DNA of 40,000 nt from Hasllibacter sp. MH4015 (GCF_020177575.1 NZ_JAHTBK010000001.1:1259875-1299874), one strand, 5' to 3'; positions 26,982 through 35,965 are shown, counted from the first letter of the stretch. Program-made: numbers and translations. The notes: a model not told the origin generated them from the letters alone.

Positions 26982-28157
26982 GTGTCGGGCAAAACCATGA
27001 TCTCAACCACAACCACGGACCGCGCCCTGATCCAAACGCACAATTGCGTGGGTCGCCGGTTCAAATGCATAAGGTTTATTCACATTCTGACGGTCGCTGC
27101 GGCCATCGTCCTTACCGTGATCCCGGCAACCCGCGCGATTGGGCAGCAGGGCGACACGCCCCTCACCGTCGGCATCTACGAAAGTCCGCCATTCGTCATG
27201 TATCCCGATGATCAATCGCAAGAAGGGCTGGCGATTGACCTGTGGAACGAGCTCGCCGACAGGCTTGAGCGCGAGAGCACGTTCGTGCGTTTCGAAACCT
27301 TTGGGGATCTGACCCGCGCCGTCGAAAGCGGCCAGATCGACGTGGCCGTCACAAACCTGACGATCACCGAGGACCGTCACGCCCGCATGGATTTCACGCA
27401 GCCCTGGTTCGATGCGGGTCTTCGCATCATGGTGATGGACGAAGGCGCAACCGGCCTCCGGGCGCTCATCAATGGCCTGGCCGATGCCGGGCACCTTCGC
27501 GCCTATGGCTGGCTCGCTCTCGTGATCTTGATCGCGACATTCGCGTTCACCGTGTTCGACCGCCGCTTCGACAAGGATTTTCATCCGCGCTGGCGCGATG
27601 GCATGGCCCACAGTTTCTATTCCGTCATGCAGATCGCGACCTCCGGAAAGATGGCCGCGCGCAAGAACCTGTTTGGATGGATCGGGCGCATCGGGCAGGC
27701 GCTTTGGCTGATCGTCGGGATCGCGGTGGTCGCCTATATCACCTCGTCCGTCGTCTCTGTCATGACGACGCTGGCCATCACGGACCAGATCAACAGCCCC
27801 GAGGATTTGCCAGGTCAGCGTATTGGCGTGTTCGAGGGGAGCATCGCGCAGGAATTCGGGCAGGTGCGCGGCTACAACCTGCGGAGTTATTCAGGAATTG
27901 CGGGGGCTGTCGCACATCTGACCGACGGACGTATTGATGCAATCGTGGCTGACGCCCCGGTCCTCGAATACTTCGCTATTTCCAACCCGGACATGAACCT
28001 CAACGTGGTGGGGCCAATTTTCGAGCCGGACAGATACGGGTTCGCTTTGCCGCTGGACAGTGACCTGACCCGAGACCTGTCAAACCACATCCTGGCACTG
28101 TGGGAGGATGGCACCATCCGCGCCCTTGATACGGACTATTTCGGCCATGAGTGGTGA
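26982..28157 (+). CDS. Ligand-gated channel-like protein: periplasmic amino-acid-binding (SBP type 3) fold interrupted by a two-TM pore module (GluR0-like architecture)
   Basis: S1 lobe (LTVGIYESPPFVM...VAVTNLTITEDRHARMDFTQPW), TM (WLALVILIATFAFTVF), pore-helix-like SFYSVMQIATSG, TM (ALWLIVGIAVVAYITSSVVSVM), then S2 lobe (IGVFEGSIA...DAIVADAPVLEY...YGFALP). The in-frame GTG at 27048 (MGRRFKCIRFIHILTVAAAIVL...) is an alternative start. Confidence 0.8.
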   Translation: MSGKTMISTTTTDRALIQTHNCVGRRFKCIRFIHILTVAAAIVLTVIPATRAIGQQGDTPLTVGIYESPPFVMYPDDQSQEGLAIDLWNELADRLERESTFVRFETFGDLTRAVESGQIDVAVTNLTITEDRHARMDFTQPWFDAGLRIMVMDEGATGLRALINGLADAGHLRAYGWLALVILIATFAFTVFDRRFDKDFHPRWRDGMAHSFYSVMQIATSGKMAARKNLFGWIGRIGQALWLIVGIAVVAYITSSVVSVMTTLAITDQINSPEDLPGQRIGVFEGSIAQEFGQVRGYNLRSYSGIAGAVAHLTDGRIDAIVADAPVLEYFAISNPDMNLNVVGPIFEPDRYGFALPLDSDLTRDLSNHILALWEDGTIRALDTDYFGHEW

Positions 28158-28364
28158 TGGCCGACCCGATCACGGTAGGGGAGCATCGAGGGTTCATTTT
28201 CATCCGAGTTATTCTTCGTTCGCCCACACGCCACGGCGTAGCGCGCACCTTGGCCGATCACACGCGCTTCGTACAGGGCGCCGCTCGGTACGGTTTCTAC
28301 AGGTAAAAGTGCTTCGCATCGTCCCCCAAGCCTCCTCACGCGGTCCACACCGAAAGATCCCGAT

Positions 28365-29243
28365 ATGTTGAAGCAAATACACGCCTTTGCCGATCGTCAC
28401 GCGCTCGCCTTGGCGCTCGTCATCGTGCTCGGATATTTCGCCTACTTCTTCATTCCCGGCGCGCTGTCATCCAACAGCTTCGGACGCGGTGAGACCCACA
28501 GCGATGTCGCGTCGATGTCCGCGCAATTGACAGGCGAGCTGCTTTTGGCCGCCTCCATCCTTGCGTTGATCGTAGTGCTTGGCTGGACCAAATCCGCGCG
28601 GCTGACGACACCGTTGCGGCACCGATCCCTTTGGTGGCTCTTGCCACCGCTCCTCTTCACCTCGCTCATATTGCTCGTTGGATTGAGCGTGACCGGACCT
28701 GAGGGGCAGGGGCCGGGCCCCGCAGTCGCGGGCATTGTGGCGCTGCTGGCAACCGTGGCGCTTATCGGCATTTTCGAGGAGTTGCTGTTTCGCGGATTGC
28801 TCTTCCGGGGTATCGAGGCGAAAGCGGGCCCCTTATCGGCGCTTGTCGGGTCATCTATCATCTTCGGCTTGATGCATTACGTGAATTGGGTTGGCGGCCA
28901 GCCGTTCGGGGATACGACGGTGCAAGTCATCCACGCCGCCGCGGGCGGGTTCATGTACGGCGCGATCATGCTGATGACGGGCTCCATCTGGCCGGGCGTT
29001 TTCCTGCACGCGTTTTGGGACGGCACGGTCAGCGTCGTCTCGACAATCCGCGAAGCGGCCGCCCCGGAACTCAACACGGAAACGTCGACGCTGTCTTCCG
29101 TGGAAAATCTTCCAACGGAACCCGCAGGGGGCGGGATTGCGGAACTGCTGTTCGCGGGATTCGAACCTGTCTACGGCTTGATCGTGATGCTCGCGTGGCT
29201 CGCCCTGCGGCACCGCCGTACAGCGGCCACCCGGATGCCGTAG
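28365..29243 (+). CDS. CPBP-family intramembrane glutamic endopeptidase (CAAX protease-like)
   Basis: The three CPBP motifs are present: FEELLFRG (EExxxR), FGLMHY (FxxxH) and FLHAFWDG (HxxxD/N). Polytopic, 292 aa. Confidence 0.85.
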   Translation: MLKQIHAFADRHALALALVIVLGYFAYFFIPGALSSNSFGRGETHSDVASMSAQLTGELLLAASILALIVVLGWTKSARLTTPLRHRSLWWLLPPLLFTSLILLVGLSVTGPEGQGPGPAVAGIVALLATVALIGIFEELLFRGLLFRGIEAKAGPLSALVGSSIIFGLMHYVNWVGGQPFGDTTVQVIHAAAGGFMYGAIMLMTGSIWPGVFLHAFWDGTVSVVSTIREAAAPELNTETSTLSSVENLPTEPAGGGIAELLFAGFEPVYGLIVMLAWLALRHRRTAATRMP

Positions 29244-29448
29244 TGACCAACGCTTAGGTTCTGTGCCGCAGCAGGCCTCCGGCACCGCGCCAGACCAAAA
29301 CGTACAACAGCTACTTGGGCGAACGTTAGTGACGGTGGCCATTTTGGTGCGCTGCTCCTATGTGTAGATACTCGCAATGAGGCGGGCACGGTCAGGGATG
29401 TACCAGCGTATTCCAGCGTAGCCTCCGTCACCGCCAACGGTTTGAAGA

Positions 29449-29508
29449 TTGAAAATGGAACTAGGTCAAAACGCCAGGCTCTCCATTGCGCCCATGATGG
29501 ATTGGACA
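29449..29508 (+). pseudogene. dusA: Remnant of the 5' end of tRNA-dihydrouridine synthase A (first about 20 codons only)
   Basis: Translation MKMELGQNARLSIAPMMDWT matches the conserved DusA N-terminus (E. coli ...RFSVAPMLDWTDRHCRYF...). After DWT the reading frame becomes AT-rich nonsense (GLFIVSMRK...) instead of DRHCRYF. Confidence 0.6.
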
Positions 29509-29703
29509 GGTTTATTCATAGTTTCAATGCGTAAAAGGGTGGCGTGTGCAGTATGTGTGCGATATGAAATCGCCTTCTGGCGCGCTCTGTCTGGAGGTGT
29601 GCGGTCAAATAGAATTCATGCGACTGCGGTTTGTCTGCGCTAGTTGACTTAAGACCCGACTTCCCTCCAGCCTTTGGGAGCATCCGTCGGTTGAATTCTG
29701 GCC

Positions 29704-30558
29704 TCATGCGGCCTTGGTATCCAGTCTCGACTTCATAGCAAACTTCTTCAGCGTGAGATTGCCCAGAGATGAGTGGGGTCTGTTCCTTTTGTAGTCGTTC
29801 TTCCGCGCGCCGATCTGCTCAAGGGCTTCGGCTAGCGATGAGAACAGGGTTTCGTTCAAGAGCTCGTCCCGGAAACTTCTGTTGAATGACTCAACAAAGG
29901 CATTCGGCATGAGCTTTCCGGGCGCGATGTAGTGCCAGTCGATCCGCGTTTCCTGGCACCATCTGAGCACTGCCATACTTGTCAGTTCCGTCCCGATACC
30001 GCTGGCAATCATTCTGGGCTGTCCGCGTCAGGCCATAACCGCGGTCAGTTCCCTCGTCACAAGCAGCCCAGACAGCGAGATGTCGGCGACCAGGGCGAGG
30101 AATTCACTGCTGAAGTTGTCGACGATGGCCAGCACCCGGAACCGTCGCCCGTGGGTGAAGACATTTGACACGAAGTCCAGGCTCCAGCGTTCGTTGGGCC
30201 GTTCCCGCACCAGCATCGGCCTGCGTGTGCCCAGGGCCCCTCTTCGGCCGCCGCGCTTCCTCACCCGCAGCTTTTCTTCCGCGTAGAGCAGCCTCACCTT
30301 CTTCTGGTTCACCTGCCAGCCTTGTCTTTCCAGCATCCCATGCGCCCGCCGATAGCCAAATCGACGGCGCTCAGCCGCCACCTCTTTCATTGACATGCGC
30401 AAGTCCGCATCGTCCTGACCCACGTGGTGATACCGAACGCTCGACCGGTCTACGCCAAGAACTGAGCACTCCCACCGCTGGCCCACCCGATGCTGTGTGC
30501 AAAGGTGAGCCACAGCTTCCGGTTTTCGCCGGGCATTACGGCTCTCCCATGGCGACAT
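29704..30558 (-). pseudogene. IS3-family transposase OrfB (DDE domain), inactivated
   Basis: The two track ORFs (30028-30558 and 29704-30012) are in the same frame, separated by an in-frame TGA at 30028-30030. The second catalytic-Asp region reads SGIGTE where the family has SDNGxE. The first Asp region is intact (WSLDFV). Confidence 0.85.
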
Positions 30559-30802
30559 CCTTCAACATCGCGTTGTCCGGCATCTGTCCGGCCAGCAGCT
30601 TCTTCAGTTTGGCGTTCTCGGTTTCGAGAGCCCTCATTTTGCATACATTAGACTCTACCAAGTCGCCAAACTTCGTCTTCCATTTATTGAAAATCGCCGA
30701 GCTGATCCCATGCTCGCGGCAAACATCTGCAATCGCCACGCTGCTCTCCTGCTGCATTAGGATCGCTATGATATGCTCCACGTTGAACCGTGGCCTCTTC
30801 AT
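30536..30802 (-). CDS. IS3-family transposase OrfA (HTH part)
   Basis: MKRPRFNVEHIIAILMQQE...ADVCREHGISSAIFNKWKTKFG...RALETENAKLKKLLA is the typical IS3/IS407 OrfA HTH and leucine zipper. Confidence 0.85.
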   Translation of the reverse strand: MKRPRFNVEHIIAILMQQESSVAIADVCREHGISSAIFNKWKTKFGDLVESNVCKMRALETENAKLKKLLAGQMPDNAMLKDVAMGEP

Positions 30803-30941
30803 TTTGTCCCTCTCCGTCGGTGGAACGGACTCTATCTCAAATTGCAGGAGGAAACTGGTCTCAGGTCATAACTTTACTCAAATTTCGTGGTTGCGTACGC
30901 TACGGTAACATCTATATACCATCCATACAGATGGAGAATGA

Positions 30942-31358
30942 ATGGCAAAGGTAACGCAGCTGCGCGATAGGCAGCCTGAAAATGAGAAGATCACGATCAA
31001 CCTGGGGTTTGTGGATCTGGGACGCATCGACCTGTTGGTACAGGAGGGGTTCTATTCAAATCGAAGCGACCTGATCCGAACAGCGATCCGCAACCAGTTG
31101 GACAGCCATAGCGAGAGCGTCAGCAAGTCACTTGAACGGCATACGATGGAACTGGGTCTTCGGGACTACACAGTCGCCGATCTCGAGGCGGTGCGGGATG
31201 CGGGCGAAGTCCTACATGTCAAGGTCGTTGGCCTGACGCGTATCGATCCCGACGTCACGCCTAAACTCGCACTGGAAACGATAGGATCAATCACCGTGCT
31301 CGGCGCTTTGCAGGCCAGCGCGGACGTCAAGAAGGCACTCGGCGACCGCATCAAATAG
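30942..31358 (+). CDS. Ribbon-helix-helix (CopG-like) domain protein with an extra C-terminal domain
   Basis: ITINLGFVDLGRIDLLVQEGFYSNRSDLIRTAIRNQL fits the RHH beta-alpha-alpha pattern. 138 aa. GGAGA ribosome-binding site. Confidence 0.6.
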   Translation: MAKVTQLRDRQPENEKITINLGFVDLGRIDLLVQEGFYSNRSDLIRTAIRNQLDSHSESVSKSLERHTMELGLRDYTVADLEAVRDAGEVLHVKVVGLTRIDPDVTPKLALETIGSITVLGALQASADVKKALGDRIK

Positions 31359-31387
31359 GTCGCTGGTCAAACAACAAAGGAAGCACG

Positions 31388-32497
31388 ATGAAACTCTTCA
31401 ACGTCGGCGCGACGCGCCAGGCGACCGATGCCGCTTGGGCGTCGGCTGCCACCGATCTGGTTCAACGCACTCTCGCGCAGCATGGTCTTGCCTCGCAATC
31501 GCCGCAGGCCGGGCAGATTGACCTTGCGAGCTTACCGTCAATCGACAGCATGTTGGCCAAGCTTTCCAGGCCATCCAAGCGTTCTGGTTTTCCTAAGGTA
31601 ATTGTTCCGGACGGCGCGACTTTCGAGGAAGACATATTTGCCTGCCCGTCCGGCAGCCGCCGTTATCGCCTTTACGTCCCGGCCTGCGCATCCGAAAGTG
31701 CCCGCGGTGTTGTCATGATGCTGCATGGCTGTACCCAGACGCCGGAGGACTTCGCAACAGGGACCGGCATGAATGCGCTGGCCGACTTGCATGGGTTCGT
31801 GGTGATCTATCCCGCGCAATCTCGGGGTGACAATGCGCAGTCGTGTTGGAACTGGTTCAGCCGTGGCGACCAGCGCCGAGGTCGTGGAGAGCCAGCGATC
31901 CTTGCTGAATTGGCTCGAAAAGTTTGCAGCGAGCACGGTGTCACCCGCGACGGTACATTCGTTGCTGGCCTTTCGGCCGGCGCAGCCATGGCGGCCATCT
32001 TGGGTGAAGCCTATCCTGATGTTTTTGCCGCAGTCGGTGCGCATTCCGGCCTTCCCGTCGGATCCGCCAAAGATGTGCCTTCTGCATTTGCGGCGATGGC
32101 CGGTGATGCGCTCGCCGGCCCCGATCCTGTGGCTTCAGGTCACCGTGTCCGAACAATCCTGTTTCACGGGTCAGCCGATCGCACGGTGCATCTCACAAAC
32201 GCAGACGGCATCGCGCAGCGTGCGCACAGGGTTGGTCCGGGGCCGAGCGTCCAGACGACCGATACCGGAGAGGCCGCAGGTCGCACCTATAAAAGGCGCA
32301 TCTCCTGCGACGCGGAAGGCGCCGCATTTCTCGAACATTGGACGATCGACGGACAGGGACATGCCTGGTCAGGGGGAAAACCCGGCGGATCGCACACTGA
32401 TCCAACGGGACCGGACGCCAGCGCCGAGATGGTTCGCTTCTTCTTCGAAACGTCGTCCAAGGCTACTGAAAATGGCCGACATGACACTGACCTGTGA
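31388..32497 (+). CDS. PHB-depolymerase-family esterase (alpha/beta hydrolase)
   Basis: RRYRLYVPA...VVMLHGCTQTPEDFATGTGMNALADLHGFVVIYPAQ...SCWNWF and the nucleophile elbow GLSAGAAMA, typical of the esterase/PHB depolymerase family. AAGGAAG ribosome-binding site. Confidence 0.85.
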   Translation: MKLFNVGATRQATDAAWASAATDLVQRTLAQHGLASQSPQAGQIDLASLPSIDSMLAKLSRPSKRSGFPKVIVPDGATFEEDIFACPSGSRRYRLYVPACASESARGVVMMLHGCTQTPEDFATGTGMNALADLHGFVVIYPAQSRGDNAQSCWNWFSRGDQRRGRGEPAILAELARKVCSEHGVTRDGTFVAGLSAGAAMAAILGEAYPDVFAAVGAHSGLPVGSAKDVPSAFAAMAGDALAGPDPVASGHRVRTILFHGSADRTVHLTNADGIAQRAHRVGPGPSVQTTDTGEAAGRTYKRRISCDAEGAAFLEHWTIDGQGHAWSGGKPGGSHTDPTGPDASAEMVRFFFETSSKATENGRHDTDL

Positions 32498-33627
32498 TGC
32501 AGTGAATGAACCGACCCCCGGCCCGAAGTGGGCGGCCCGCTGAACATGGTCCTTGCCCGCCTATATGTCGGGTTCATCGCGCGGGGCGGCGATGCGGGAC
32601 CTTGCCGCGCCCACTGCCGCGCGGCTTTGCAGCGCCATATACCAGAGCTGATCTGCACCTATGACAGGCTTGTCGCAATATCGGGTGGATCCGACCGGGC
32701 CGCACGGTTTCCGTTCACTTGGTGCTCGCCACACTATCTTGTTGGCTGCTCTCTCGCTGCCGCCGCTGACCGGGATGATGTGCGGCTGGTGCGCAACTAC
32801 GACCCGTCGCCCGATCTCAACGAGGGGTTGCTGCTCCGGACCGATTGGACGGGTCGCGCGGTTATGGGCATGGTCGAATTCCTTGGGGTCTGTCGGACGG
32901 AATCAACGACGCGGGTCTCAGCGTCGCCCAGGCTTATGGTGGCCGGTCCGAGACGGCAGAGGGTTTTGGCCTCACCACGATCCTGCGGTATGTGCTCGAG
33001 ACCTGCGACAGCGTCGACGCCGCCCTCGCCGTACTTCAGCGCGTGCCATCGCACATGGCGTATAACGTGGTGCTTGCGGATGCGGGGGGGCAGACCGCAA
33101 GCGTGGAACTGGCCCCCGGCGTTGGGGCGACGATCATGCCTCGCGCGATTGCGACCAATCACCAGAATATGGGAAGAGCGGCTGATCGGCCCGGCTCTAC
33201 CCGAACCCTCGAACGGCTTGCGCATCTGAAACGACTGCGGATCTCCCCAAGTCGTCTGGGGGTGCACTTTCTCGAAAAGCCTTTACGTCAAGATCGCTAC
33301 GACCAAGGGTTCGGAACACTCTTCACCGCCGAATACAGTCCGAAGACACAATTGCTCTTGCTGTCGATGGCCGGAGAGCAGTGGTATCAACGGCTCGATG
33401 CGTTTCGAGAGAGGCAGCACATTGCCGATTACTCCGGCGCGCAGCGCAAAGTCGTCTATGACGATGATGCCGTAGATTGGGCAACCGGCGTGGACTGGTC
33501 ACGGGCCGCGGGGATGGATTGGACCCGGCTTGCCATGGACTATGCGGCAGGTAGCGGTCAATGGATCGGCGCCTATAATCCAGGTGCCTCGTCGCGCCAA
33601 TGTATGGTTCCTTGTCAGCAGAGTTGA
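32481..33627 (+). pseudogene. C45-family peptidase / acyl-CoA:6-APA acyltransferase-like gene, interrupted by two -1 frame changes
   Basis: Family-like sequence is spread over three frames. MTLTCDAVNEPTPGPKWAA runs from 32481 and stops at 32541. ...ALQRHIPELICTYDRLVAISGGSDRAARF...GCS...VRLVRNYDPSPDLNEGLLLRTDWTGRAVMGMVEF follows in the second frame. WGLSDGINDAGLSVAQAYGG...GFGLTTILRYVLETC...VPSHMAYNVVLAD continues in the third frame to 33627. Confidence 0.7.
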
Positions 33628-33766
33628 ACATGACTTTTCGGGAAAGCACGCGCCGCCTGGTCCACGCTACACAACGATATGTGGGCCGTCGCGCGTTCAA
33701 GATACCTTGATCGCTTGGCGCGCAAGACAGCTATTTATTTCTGGACACAATCCAGGGAGAGATTGG

Positions 33767-34234
33767 TTGAACGAACTTCTCGCACCGGACGCGCTTTCGT
33801 GGTGGACCGCTTTATGGCGACTAACTGCAGCGACTATTTTCCCGCTTGCGATCGGGATGGAACGGTTCATCCGGCGTAAACCGATCGATTTTCGACCCTA
33901 TGTCGTCATCTCGGTCGTGTCCTGTGCGCTTCTGGTTGCAACCCAGGATCTTCTGGCCGCGCAGGGGGGTGAAGGTGCTACCGTGGATCCGACCCGCGTG
34001 ATGCAAGGGGTGATCACTGGGATCGGTTTCTTAGGTGCCGGCGCGATGTATCGTGATGGCGACTTTGTCAAGGGTGCGGGCACGGCCGCCAGTATCTGGA
34101 GCGCTGGCGCACTAGGGCTTATTTGCGGGATCGGTGAGATCTGGTTGGCCGGCATGATCACAGTCACAATTGTCGTGTTGATGCTGGTAAGCGCACCGTT
34201 CACGGCACGGTGGGATAGCAGATCTGGCGAGTAG
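33767..34234 (+). CDS. MgtC/SapB-family membrane protein
   Basis: LAIGMERFIRRKPIDFRPY...QGVITGIGFLGAGAMYRDG..VKGAGTAASIWSAGALGLICGIG is the MgtC family signature. I propose the TTG start at 33767 with a GGGAGAG ribosome-binding site (the track ORF begins at 33530). Confidence 0.8.
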   Translation: MNELLAPDALSWWTALWRLTAATIFPLAIGMERFIRRKPIDFRPYVVISVVSCALLVATQDLLAAQGGEGATVDPTRVMQGVITGIGFLGAGAMYRDGDFVKGAGTAASIWSAGALGLICGIGEIWLAGMITVTIVVLMLVSAPFTARWDSRSGE

Positions 34235-34375
34235 GCCGCTAACGAGTAACACTAGCATCGAGTTGCAACGTATCTCTTAACGAATAATCGCGCATCGTTC
34301 GAAATATCCATTGCCATAGAAGGCTTTCGCCAAGAGCAGGATATACGCTAAACTTGGTCGAGAAGTGGGTGGGTA

Positions 34376-35872
34376 ATGGCAATTTCGGATATTGGATCAG
34401 CAGACGAAGTGATCGCTGGCGGCGCTGTAGATGGGCTCGTGTTCGAAGCCCTTGTGCAAGCGACTTTTGCGGCCCTTCTCTTCAAGACGGATACCGATCT
34501 CACACTCCTGTGGCGCAACCAAGCCCATGCCGTCATGTCTGAATCGGTCGGTCGAGTGGTCCAGCACCTACCGATGTTCGAGGCGTTCCCACCGAGTGAT
34601 GATGGTGAAGGGGCCGCTGCAAAGGCTGCGATCGAACACTCTGTTCAGCGCATCAAAGAGAGCGGCACCGCTGAAAGCCTTGGGCCCTATCGCTACGATC
34701 TGCGCGGCCATTCTGGTGCATATGTCGAACATCACTGGGAGATGAACATGTCTCCGGTCAAGCAGGATGGGGACGTGGTCGCGATCCTGCAAGTCGCGAA
34801 GGATGTTACACGCGACGTCCTTTCCGCACGCTTGTCAGACTCCCTCAAGCGTACCGCGCAGTCCACGGCAGCGGTCAGCTACTTCAGCTATGATCGCGAA
34901 ACCGATGTGTTCGTCCGCAGCCCGGAAGTCGATGCGATGTTCGGGTTCGCTGAAGGCGAAGCCGGTCCAAACGCGCAGAGCTTTTTCGCGCGCGTCCATC
35001 CGGAAGATTTGCCGGGCGTCTACGAGGAGGTTGAGCGGGTGTTCGATGCTCCAAGGGGAGAGATCGCCTCGTTCGATTATCGCGTTCCGGTTCCTGACGG
35101 CGCTGAGCGCTTCCTGCGCATACGTGCCGAAGTCGCCACGGACCCGGATGATCGCAGAGAGAAGCTAGTCGGGACATTCGTCGATCTCACGGATCTTGAA
35201 GAAAACCGTCAATCTCTGGCCCGCGCGCTTGAATTGCAAAAAGCCCTCGTAAGCGAGGCGAACCACCGCATCAAGAACAGCCTCGCGATTGCGACCTCCA
35301 TGCTCCGCCTGGAACAGAATGAACTGCAACGTCGTGAGACGATTGACCCCGCTGAGGCCGCTGCTGCGCTGGCGAGTGCGGGTGCGCGCATTCGGGCGAT
35401 CTCCGATGCCCATGGTCTCATGCAGATGGACCAACATCGCACCAGTGTGTTTTTGAAGTCGCTGGTCGAGCGGTTGGCCACATATGCCAGGCAATCAGCA
35501 GGCATTTTTGAGGATGAATTATCTCTCACGCTGCCCGCAAGCGATATCGCGCTCGACAGCGAAACGGCGATCACGTTGGGCATGATCCTGAACGAGACCG
35601 TCACGAACGCCCTGAAGTACGGTGTGGAGCGAGACACTGGCACGGACATTCGCCTCTCGGTCGATTTGAGCGATGCAGAAATCACGATCGTACTGGAAAA
35701 CGCGAAAGCCACCAACCGCAGGGCCATGGATATTCCATCGACGAAACTCGGCTCCATGCTGGTCGCGCAGCTGACCGATAATCTCAATGCGGAGTTCCAG
35801 TCTGAAGAGACCGCAGATGTTTATCGAACGAAGCTGACTATTCCGATGTCCTACTTCCATGGCCGGAGGTAA
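34376..35872 (+). CDS. Cytoplasmic sensor histidine kinase, PAS-PAS-HisKA_2-HATPase (HWE/HisKA_2 type)
   Basis: H-box EANHRIKNSLAIATSML, N-box LNETVTNALKYG, and two PAS-like segments. No TM segments. No response regulator gene is adjacent. Confidence 0.85.
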   Translation: MAISDIGSADEVIAGGAVDGLVFEALVQATFAALLFKTDTDLTLLWRNQAHAVMSESVGRVVQHLPMFEAFPPSDDGEGAAAKAAIEHSVQRIKESGTAESLGPYRYDLRGHSGAYVEHHWEMNMSPVKQDGDVVAILQVAKDVTRDVLSARLSDSLKRTAQSTAAVSYFSYDRETDVFVRSPEVDAMFGFAEGEAGPNAQSFFARVHPEDLPGVYEEVERVFDAPRGEIASFDYRVPVPDGAERFLRIRAEVATDPDDRREKLVGTFVDLTDLEENRQSLARALELQKALVSEANHRIKNSLAIATSMLRLEQNELQRRETIDPAEAAAALASAGARIRAISDAHGLMQMDQHRTSVFLKSLVERLATYARQSAGIFEDELSLTLPASDIALDSETAITLGMILNETVTNALKYGVERDTGTDIRLSVDLSDAEITIVLENAKATNRRAMDIPSTKLGSMLVAQLTDNLNAEFQSEETADVYRTKLTIPMSYFHGRR

Positions 35873-35944
35873 CACAAGTCACAAGCCGCGCTCAGTACAG
35901 CCCTCATAGGGTCCGTATCGTCGTATCTTGTCATCAGCGGTTTT

Positions 35945-35959
35945 GTTCTTGTACTGTTC
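35945..35959. promoter_or_regulatory. Alphaproteobacterial LexA (SOS) box GTTC-N7-GTTC
   Basis: GTTCTTGTACTGTTC read directly from the sequence, 6 nt upstream of the first ATG of the Y-family polymerase gene. It matches the direct-repeat LexA site established for Rhodobacter/Rhizobium. Confidence 0.55.
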
Positions 35960-35965
35960 TCTCCT

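Larger units (their letters stand above)
29645..30868 (-). mobile_element. IS3-family (IS407-group-like) insertion sequence, decayed
   Basis: Overlapping orfA/orfB arrangement. Imperfect terminal inverted repeats TGACCTGAGACCAGTTTCCTCC (revcomp ending at 30868) and TGACTTAAGACCCGACTTCCCTCC (from 29645). About 1.22 kb. Boundaries are approximate. Confidence 0.8.

Noticed and set aside
29156-29167. GGGATTCGAACC, the reverse complement of a canonical tRNA T-loop (GGTTCGAATCCC)
   Set aside because: The flanking bases do not form a T-stem (only 3 of 5 pairs) or an acceptor stem, and the motif lies inside the well-supported CPBP protease frame (FAGFEPVYG).
29641-30872. Target-site duplication flanking the IS3-family element
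   Set aside because: The flanking 4-mers are TAGT and TAAC and shorter windows do not match either, so no duplication can be claimed.
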